Below are positions 27,501-36,869 of a stretch of 64,000 bases of DNA, one piece after another. The position numbers and the translations under genes are program-made. The notes under the pieces were generated by a model. That model had not been told where the DNA came from and made no database searches. It saw nothing but the letters and a program-made list of their open reading frames with translations. The stretch spans positions 459,669 to 523,668 of the forward strand of contig JAAOMT010000503.1 of assembly GCA_016748015.1 (NCBI GenBank), written 5' to 3'. The number at the start of each line of letters is the position of its first letter. The first letter of the stretch is position 1. The stretch comes from Geosiphon pyriformis uo1. Lineage: Eukaryota > Fungi > Glomeromycota.

Positions 27501-30500
27501 TTCTACATTATTTAATAAAACTATGGGATAATTATTGGAATTGTAAAAAGTAACTTAGACTTTCTTTGTTCCTTCTGGAATATAAATGTTTGGGATCAAG
27601 ATATTATGTTCCAAGCAGACTTGTTCATTGGATTCAAAAATTTGTTGTGTGGTTGTTGGCTTTGGGCAGGTGTAAATTTCCAGATGTTTCCCAAAGGGTA
27701 AAATAGTAATTGGTTATGGAAGTCATAGAATCTGGTGAGATTCACTTTGTTCATTAAGAGCTATGTTTACTGGAACTGTGAATTGTCCAATTGAACCAAA
27801 ACTATTGGTTCCTCTTTCATTTTTTCCTAATTGTTCTCTTTAATTGACTAGTTGTAAACCCGAAATGTTGATTAAGAGTAAATAAATGGCTTGGGCAATT
27901 TTTTCAGCATGTTCAATCTTAAATGGCTTGTCAGTTTCATTTTGGAATATTACTGTTATGTTACCAGTATATCTAGCATCAATTATTTCTCCTCTGATAT
28001 TGATTCCTTTGCTTGCCAGAGAGGACTGGGAGGTGATTTGAACCATTGCTCCTGGTGGAATTTCAAGAGCAATTTTGAGGTTGATTTTTGTAAGAGATTT
28101 GGGTTTAAGAACAAAAGTATCTCTGTCTGGGTATCTTAGGTCATATTCAGCATTAATTTCATGTGCTTTTTCGGGTTTTATTCCTTGTCCATTGTTGTTG
28201 AAGTATTTGAGTTATAAGGCAGGCTGATTTTCGATGAAATAGATGGGTGTTGTTTCAATTTCTTCTGTTGCTTCAAGTTCTCCAAATTCAATTTCGTTTT
28301 CATCATTTTCACTGAGCAGAGGAATGCTAAGAGCATAGCATTCAGGACACCACTTTTCATCACAAGGCATAATGCATTCTTCACATAGCCTAATGTTTAT
28401 TTGCTCTAATTGTTGAATTTGAGCTTCTTGAATTGAGTAAGTGTGACTTGCAATTTGGTGGTAGACTTCTATTTCATCTTCATAATTGAATCCAGCTAAT
28501 TTCATGGTGTATTTAATGTATTCTGCTTCCTTTATTTGACGAACATTTTCTTTGGTAGCTCTATTAACTAATGCTATTGCTAGGTCAAAAAGCATCTTAG
28601 CATTATGGAGGTAGTGATAAAGTTTGTTGAGAGCACTATTGTATGCTGCATTAAAAGGTGTTCCTCTTTTGACTTTTTCTGAAATTAATAAAGCATATTG
28701 GCAGGTTTGATCGCAGACTCCTCCTCTCATTGCTACATTAATCCAATTGCATTCTTTTGGTAGCATATCTCCACAAATCAAACAAGGGGTGTTGTCCCAT
28801 TTTCCACTTCTTTTTATTAGATGGCTCCATCGTTCTCTGTGACAAGCCTTGCAGTAATAACAAGTATGATTTTCATATTTTTCTTCAGATGAAATGCAAG
28901 CTCCCATTAATGAAAGTTTCTTGTAGTAATCCTTGCATTTGAGTGGAATGTAAGGGTGTTGTTTTCATGGTTCTGGTTTTGAATAGGGGACATTCCATCC
29001 AGGTGTCACTGGTTCTTCTATTTCAAGAGAATTATTTGTTGAAAAATACTGTTGTTCAGTTTCATCAGCCCAATTGAAGGTTAATCCAAGTGCCATAAAT
29101 GTTTCAATGATGGGTTTTTTATTTTCTGGTTCAAATTCAAAAACTGGGGCTTTTTTAGAGCATTTGTTGAATGTACTACAAGTGGCAGGTACTCAGGCAT
29201 GTTGTTCTTGGTAAAAGATTTATAGCTCTTGGGTTTCTCAGTTTAATTTTGCATTGGCTTTTTGAAGCCAGTTGTTTCTAACAAGGGCTTGATACTGGAG
29301 AGCATCTATTACAAGAACTTTGACTGGAATGGTGATTCCATCAAGAGTGAACAGAAAATTGTCAATTTCTCTTACTGGAGTCTTTTTCATGCCATTGGCA
29401 GTGATGATTACTGTTTGAGCTGGTTGGTCAACATTTCTCTTTAACTGTTGCATCAACTGGTAGGTGATGATGCTTCCGGTGGATCCATTGTCTAGGATTA
29501 AGCGAATTGCCTTTCCTTCAACTTCTGCTTCAGTGTACATAACAGTGATTGCTTTTTGTTTATTGGCAGCTGCATTGCTAAGTAGAAATGGTGATTCATT
29601 GGCTTCGAACTCAAAAAAAAAGATATCAGAGAGATTGGCATTTTCAGCAATTCTGGCTGGTAGAATAATGGTGTGGTTATGAGAAGGATTTTGTTGTTGT
29701 GCTACAGTTCTATCTTCCGAGAGTGCAGTATGGTGAAAATTCTATTCTTTTGGCATTGTTAAATAACTGGGTTGAGTGTGATAGTGGTTGGGTCTTGATT
29801 GAGTGGAATTTTGGAGAACCAATTGGTTGTTCGAACTGATTCTATTGTTGTTTACTTGGTATTAATTTTGTGGTGTGAATTGATTTTATGTAATCAATCT
29901 TTGAGCAGGTACTTAATAATGTTGTGTGGGTGGTTGTTGATAATGCTGTTAGATTGGCTGTGAGGCAGGCTGATAATAGTTATTTTGGTATTGGGGTCTT
30001 GGTGGATAGTAATAAGATTGTTGTGGTGAAGGGTAACATTGATTACTCTTGTTTTGTTGGTCTTGTTGTAGCTTTCTGCAATCTCTTTTCCAGTGGCCAG
30101 AAATTCCACAGTAATGGCAATTCTGAGGCTGGTTATTAGAAGATGATGCGAAGTTGTTTTGATTTCGTCTTTGGGGTGGTTGATATCTTTGGGGTTGCTG
30201 TTGTTGTTGGTTGGTAAAATAGTTTTTGACTTTCTTTGTAAGTTGGTCAATTTTCTCCTCAGCTGCTGAGCTGGTTTCTCTAATGGCTAAGTTCACAAGT
30301 TTTGTACAATTGGCTTCTTTCATGGCCATTTCATATTTTTTTGCATGCTGAATGACAGAGTTTAAATCTTCTGAGGCATGTGGATAAACCTTTTTAATTA
30401 GTTTATCTTTTAAACCAGCGATAAATTGATCCAAGATTTGAGCATCAGAATAATAATCATTAGTTTCAAGTTGGCAAATTTGTCTAAGAAGTTTGTTGAA

Positions 30501-31556
30501 TTTTCTAATATAAGTCATGACAGATTCGGGGGGTTCTTGTTTGATATTGCAAAAACAATTTTGAAGTGTGATTGAGGTGTTGTTATTGGTGAATTGTTCT
30601 AAGAAGACAGTTTTGAAAGCTGTCCAGTCATTAAAAGGGGTGGTCAAATTTTTGAACCATTTGCCTGCTGTTTCTTTGAGAAAGTAAGGAATTGTTCTTA
30701 ACATTCTGGCAGCATTCCATCCATTTGCATCTCCAGTTTTAGTAACTTGGTCAAGCCATTCTTGGGGACTAGTCTTAATGTCTTCTCCATTAAATTCAGA
30801 GATTTTTGTGATGTATGCTGTCATTTTGTCTTCTTCATTTTTACTGTCTATTGTTTCTTCTTCAGTTATTTCAGAGTCGTTTTCTTCGTTTACTGCTGTC
30901 TTAGAGTGTTCACTTTGATTTTCAGCTAGAAAGTCAAGAAAATTGGAACTAGTTTGAAGGAGTTCTTGTTGTCTGGTGGGACTTCTGAGTGATGTAAAAT
31001 CTTCTGGTCTTGCAAATTGATTTAAGAGTGAATTAAGTGTTTGTGCTTGTGTAAATAAAGCTAAAAAAGGTGTGATAGTAAGTGGAAGTTTTGAACTGGT
31101 TCTTTGTTCAGGTGTTTGTAAGTGTTTGGCAGTTGTCTTTTGTAGTGTTGGAGTGTTTGGAGTGGTTCTTGGGTATTGCTTCAATCTTTGTTTGTCTTTG
31201 TTGCTTGTTTCTGTCTCTGATTCAAAGTCAAAAGAGTATTTAGACTGTACTAGATATTTTTCTTCACAATACTCAATAATGTTAAAATTAAGTTCTTGGA
31301 AGTAGGTAGCAAGTGTTTCACTATTCAGGTCTTCTGTTTCCAATTGTGAATAGTGCACTAAATTATTGTAGAGGTTGCTTCTAACTTCTGAAATATTGTA
31401 GTTTCCAAAAAGATAATTGTTGATGCGGTTTTCAATGTATTGGTATACTGATTTCTTGACAACTTCAATTCCGTCTGGAATGTTGAATCTTTGCTTGCAG
31501 TGGGTGTAAATTGACTGGTAATACTCTAAAGTTGCTGTGTCTGGTGTGGTCACCAC
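24510..31556 (-). pseudogene. gag-pol polyprotein of element 1: Gag with CCHC, aspartic protease, Cys-rich domain, dUTPase, RT, RNase H, integrase
   Basis: Gag knuckle CHYCGISGHWKRDC; protease ILDNGSTGS; RT MPFGLCNAPATFQ and VYLDD; integrase H-x6-H...CDSC, YHPQTNRLVERFN and a GPF/SH3-like tail. ORF fragments from 31556 to 26322 share one frame and are separated by transition-derived stops. Confidence 0.93.
27785..28190 (-). pseudogene. dUTPase domain of element 1 (between protease and RT)
   Basis: All five motifs in decayed form: AEYDL, SQSSLA, IIDARYTG, KIAQAI, RGTNSFGSIG. Confidence 0.9.
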
Positions 31557-31582
31557 TTTGAATTTGTTGTTGCTGTGTTATT

Positions 31583-31599
31583 TCCATGAGAGAGCACTA
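31583..31599 (-). promoter_or_regulatory. Primer-binding site of element 1
   Basis: T(A/G)GTGCTCTCTCATGGA lies 2 nt after the 5' LTR and would pair with a tRNA ending ..AGAGAGCACCA. The tRNA was not identified. Confidence 0.75.
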
Positions 31600-31601
31600 A
31601 A

Positions 31602-32574
31602 TGTTACCAGAGGTTTTTGGTCTCTTCTTAGCTCTTGTATGTTTGTTGTAATGCTGTTAATTCACAACTATGGGAAGTGTTTGAATCTCTGATAACTGAA
31701 TTTATCTTCAAATTATCTCCTATAATTTGAACTGCTGGGCTTATGAGTGGAATGGCCAATTCCATGCCAGTTACTTTGTATAGTTACATTGTAGTAAACA
31801 TCAATTCTTTTCCAGAAAATGCTCGTCTAGAAGCTCACTAAAATGTGTAGTTACTTTACTGTGAAAGTCAACTCTTCTACAGGAATTCTTGTTTGTAGGC
31901 TACCCAAATAATTTATAATAAGAAAGAAAAAAAAAATAAAAGAAATGTAAAAGAAAAGTAAGAACTAATTTATGGAAGTTGTTTCAGATCCAGACCTGGA
32001 AGTGCTTTAACAGTTTACTGAAATTGGTAGCTAGTCAATTTCAAATTGTTAGTAGAAATTGGTTAATTTTCAAGGGAAATAATTAAGAATTTGGTTTTTT
32101 GAATTATTTGATATTTATTTTGTTTTTGTGTGTAAAGGATGATTCTAATTGTTAAATCTGAAGTAAGATACATTTTCTTGAAGAGAGAAGCTCTTCTTTT
32201 ATACAACTTGTCATAACACTATTCTATGAACTTAAACTTTGTTCTTTTCTACAATTTTGCTAAACTAAAGCTACATTTTGGCGAACTACAAGTTATTTCT
32301 GCAAACTATTAGATATTTTGGTGAACTATCAATTATTTTGGCAAATTTCTACAAATTTTGGCAAACTTTTTGAATGTTACATAGTTCGGGGTATTGCATG
32401 ATTGATCATCACAATTAGGTTACATTTGTGTTATGTACAAATTGGATTATTAATTAAATGATAATTTCAGATATTTTGCTAATGTAATAAGTGATAATTT
32501 GAAATGCTAATTAATGATAAGAATTATAAGGGTAATTTCATGCTAAGCAATATTTCTAATTTTGTCTGGTAACA
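31602..32574 (-). repeat. 5' LTR of element 1
   Basis: Perfect 10-bp terminal inverted repeat TGTTACCAGA...TCTGGTAACA. Confidence 0.95.
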
Positions 32575-32954
32575 ATGTAAAAAAATTACAGATTACTTAC
32601 CAGAGGAGTACTGGTCATTAAGTTAAAGAAAAAAATTGACAGAATTGCAATTCTGGGAAGCTACAGATAAACAACTATTGAATCTCTGTTTATTATACAA
32701 AGGATTCAACCAAAACCTTCAGATAACAATATTTTCAAATTACTATCATTGTGAATAGCTTCTGAGCACCAAATTATGGATTTTGTTATTTGATTTGAGA
32801 TCCTAAATAATCACCTGTAACATTTGGTGCTCCCTGTAAGATATAATCCAATAGAGAACCAGTACCAGCAACAACCATACAAGAAAGTGGTAAACTAAGA
32901 GAAAACAAGAGAAAATCACTTAAGATTTGTGAAATCCTTATTTTATCATTACTT

Positions 32955-33490
32955 TTGATAAAAAATTGTTAAATTCAAACTCTGATTATTCAAGACCCAA
33001 TCATTAAAACCCTAAACATTCGAAAATTACCATTGATAAATTTGTTAAAACTTATTAAATTCAAACTCTGATTATTCAAAACTTGATTGTTAAAACCTCA
33101 AACATTCAAAACTTACCATTAATAAATTTGTTAAAAATTTATTAAATTAAAACTCTGATTATTCAAGACCTAATCATTAAAACCCCAAATATTCAAAAAT
33201 TACTATTAATAAATTTGTTAAACTTGTTAAATTAAAACTTCATTTATTCAAAACCCAATTATTAAAACCCCAAACATTCGAAACTTATCTTTGATAAACT
33301 TGTTAAAACTTGTTAAAACTCTGACTATTCAAGACCTAATTGTTCAAAAACCCAAACATTTAAAACCTGATAATTCCAATCTTATTATTATACAAAGAAA
33401 CTTACTGTTGATAAAACTTGTTAAACTTTTAGCAATTCAAACTCCGAGAATTATTCAAAAACCCAAACATTCAAAGTCTGATAAATTCCA
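32955..33490 (+). repeat. Array of ~85-bp tandem repeats (5-6 units) in the non-autonomous internal region, copy 1
   Basis: AAACTCTGATTATTCAAGACCCAATCATTAAAACCCCAAACATTCGAAA recurs at ~32977, 33063, 33150, 33235 and 33315. Confidence 0.85.
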
Positions 33491-34983
33491 AAATCCACTA
33501 TTATACAAGAAAACTTACCTCCAATAGCCCAATAAAACTTAATTTCCACAGTACCAATAAATCAGCAAAACTCACCTGACAGTCCTGAGTCAAAATATTG
33601 GAACATAGTTACAATCCACTTTTATGTGTCATATATTCAAAGAAGAGTCAATCAGTGAAAACAAATAGAAATTGGAATTAGAACTTAATCCCAATTCAAA
33701 CTCTGCTAATGATGACAACAATTCAAACTCCATTAATAACAATGACAATTTAAACTCCACCAACAACAATTCAAACTCCGCTTCAAACACCAAACAATAT
33801 ATTATGTTTCTAGATCTTACAATAGAACAGAAATTAACTAAATTCAGTGATAATAATAAGGGCATTATGTCTAAACATGTACATAATACAGATGCAAAAT
33901 TTGAATGTGGATATTCTGGACAGATCACTATAGTTAAAAACTCCAGTCACATATAAAATTAGATTTACAAATAGCAATAGAAATTACAGCAACAATATTG
34001 ATACAAAAGAGAGATTTAGAAAATTTTGCAGGAGCTCAATATTAAAGAAAGAAATAATGTTACTCATAAAAAAAACAGATATAGAAAAATAGTAGACCAA
34101 TAAAGAAGTAATAATTAGCACATAAGCACATTGCTCAGCAATGTGGAGCAATATCAGAAATTACAGCACAATGCTCAGCAATGTGAGCATTGCTCAAGAA
34201 ATCATAGCACATTGCTCGAGAATGTGAGTGATTTCATAGAACATAAATTAGGTATATATAGCAGTAGTATCAGAAGCTAAAAAATTAGACTTCCAGAGTC
34301 AGTAAGACTCTTAGAGTCAATTAGACTTGCAAGTCATAATTATTAGAATTCCCAAAACCTCTCAGTTTAGATTTGATTTAAGTAATCTTCTACATTACAA
34401 ATATCAATAAATAATTATTCATTATTTTAATCCACTTTCCACTATTAACACTTTATGTTGATAGTAATTGATACTTAATTACACTAAAACAATAGTTTTT
34501 GATCATGGCTATTGACAAGATACTAACATTTATCATTTTGGCTTATTTTTTTTTTTATTTTCCTTTGTTATTTCTTTTTTGTTGTTTACTAATTGATTAA
34601 AGATTAAACACTAAATTATTGACATTAAAAATTGCCTGGTAAAAGACCTCTGCGAGTGGATAGAACATGTAAAAGAATTATGAATTACTTACTAAAAGAG
34701 TACTAATGTTACAAGTGATTATTTGGAGTCTCAAATCAAATAACAAAACCCATAACTTGGTGCTCAGAAGCTATTCATAATAATAGTAATCTGAAGATTT
34801 TGGTTGAGTTCTTTGTATAATGGGCAGAGTTTTAATAGGTGTTTATCTATAGCTTCCCAGAATCACAATTCTGTCAATTTTTTTTTTTAGCTTGATAGCT
34901 GGTACTTTTCTGGTAAGTAATCTGTAATTTTTTTATGTGCTCTATTCACTTGTAGGGGTTTTTTACCAGGCAATCTTTAACAT

Positions 34984-35603
34984 TGTTATGGAATGGTTTT
35001 CTTGTTATATTTAATTGCTGATATCCCGCTTTAATTGCAATCAGTCTTTCGTGAGTTCCTCAGTTCTATTTGTGTGATAATGTCACTGTTACACTGAAGG
35101 CTTTCTTTTTACTGTTGCGATGTAAGTTATTCTTTAATTCTTGATTGTTGTGTGTGTTTATGTACTCCTTCTCAGAGGCTGAACTGAAATCTACCCACTG
35201 NNNNNNNNNNNNNNNNNNNNNNNNNNTTTTTAAAGGTTTCTTGGGATATTTAATTTGAAAGTATGATTTAAAGTGGAGTTTGTTGGATAAAATTGGATCT
35301 ATTGCTTGATAAGTTATGATTTTTATTACTTGATTGATTCTTTCCCAATATTAAAACTACTGTATATATACATGTTTGTAGTTCTACGAGAAAATACTTT
35401 CTTTTTGATATTTCAACCTGGTGCTTGCTGCTATCACCAGTTGGTGTTGGCTGCTATTGTGAACTGGTGCTTGCCACTATCACGAGATGATGTTTGCTAC
35501 TATGTTAATCATTACCTTTCTAAGATTATTACTGTGCTATATTATAATTGAATAGTTTGTATTATTTTTATGATTCTTTTTGCTAAATTCTTAAACCGTA
35601 ACA
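34984..35603. mobile_element. Family C LTR with TSD ACAT inside the 3' LTR of element 2 (contains an assembly gap)
   Basis: TGTTATGG...CCGTAACA termini, with ACAT at 34980-34983 and 35604-35607. The gap means a full element could be collapsed here. Confidence 0.85.
35201..35226. other. Assembly gap (26 N)
   Basis: Run of n characters. Confidence 1.
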
Positions 35604-36169
35604 ACATCAATAACTTAGCACTTTAATTCTTTAATTAATTAGTACACAATAAAAGAAAAAAAAATAAAAAAAATAAAAAAAAATAAAAAAATAAGCCAAG
35701 ATGATAAAGTTAGTATCCTGTCAATAGCCATGATCAAGAGCTATTGTTCCAGTATGATTAAGTATCAATTATTATTAACATGAAGTGTTGATAGTGAAAA
35801 GTGGATTTGAGATAGTAATTAATTAATTATTTAATATTTGTAATATAGAAGGTTAATTAGATCAAATCTAAACTGAAAGATTTGTCTTTTTCTACTTCTA
35901 ATGCTACCAATATATATACATAATTGAGATTTCTCAATTTTTCAATTCTTCACACCAGAAATCTTGGAATTTCTGAAATCCTGCAATTTTTTTGAGAGAA
36001 ATCTTGGAATTCTGAAATTCTGCAATTCTTTGTATAAGAATTCTGAAATTCCTGAAATTCTGCAATTTCTTTGAGAGGAATTTTGGAATTCCACATTTAC
36101 TATGGCTACTTCTGATTGGCTAATTTATATGCTAATATACTTCCTATATTTTATGAGTAATATTATTTC

Positions 36170-36850
36170 TTTTTTTTTAATATTAAGCTCCATTGAGATC
36201 TCTTAATTCTAATTCTCCATCTTTGAGTATTTCTTGAACTTTTTTTTCAAGAATTACTTGTGCTATTTTGTTCTGTAATTTCAAATTGAGCATTGGTTAT
36301 TTTTTCTATTTGGTTAATGCTAATAGAATTTATTTTTGGATTAAGTAAAATTTCTGGTCGATCTTGAAATCTGGTGTATAGCCAATAAATGGCTCTTGCT
36401 TGTGTGATCAAATTGTTCTTCCCCACAAATTGTTCTAGTTGTTGCAGTATTGTTGTGTCAAATAATTGTTTTGTTTTATTCATATACAAGCCCTAAATGT
36501 TCAAGTGTTGTCCCAAATAAAAGTAACAAAAGTTTTTTAGAAATTGTTGTATTTACTAATTTCAAGTTTCTATAATCAACTCTTAATATTGGGTGACTTT
36601 TGGTTGTGTTTCTATTGCCAGTTTCACTTTTGTGATTATTTTGTTCACAGTGTTTTTTGTTTTTCTCTGTATTTTATTTCATAATTTTTTTTTGGTGTTT
36701 GTGTATCTGATAGTTTGTTGATTGATTGTAATTTCCATTTCTTGTTGTTGAATCAGTTGAAAAAGTTGTTGTACTAGTGAGTAAATGCCATCAGTAATCT
36801 CTATTTTCTGCTGTTTTTTGTTATATATACTATGTTTTTATATACTCTTT
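36170..36850 (-). pseudogene. Third ORF (ORF3) of element 2, decayed
   Basis: FCYFYLGQHL...QARAIYWLYTRF...ISINQIEKITNAQF, lying between integrase and PPT. The 5' boundary is approximate. Confidence 0.62.
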
Positions 36851-36869
36851 TGGTTGTTCGATTTTACAT

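Larger units (their letters stand above)
22705..32574 (-). mobile_element. Full-length decayed Ty3/Gypsy LTR retrotransposon (element 1, family B)
   Basis: Two 973-bp LTRs, PBS, PPT, domain order gag-PR-RT-RH-IN, and a 4-bp TSD ACAT/ATGT. Confidence 0.96.

Noticed and set aside
29550-29950. Programmed frameshift or stop readthrough between gag and pol
   Set aside because: Gag, protease, dUTPase and RT fragments are in one frame, and the stops are CAA/CAG>TAA/TAG transitions in a Gln-rich linker.
32955-33490. Regularly spaced repeats resembling a CRISPR array
   Set aside because: Whole units are similar with no unique spacers, the context is a eukaryotic LTR element, and there are no cas genes.
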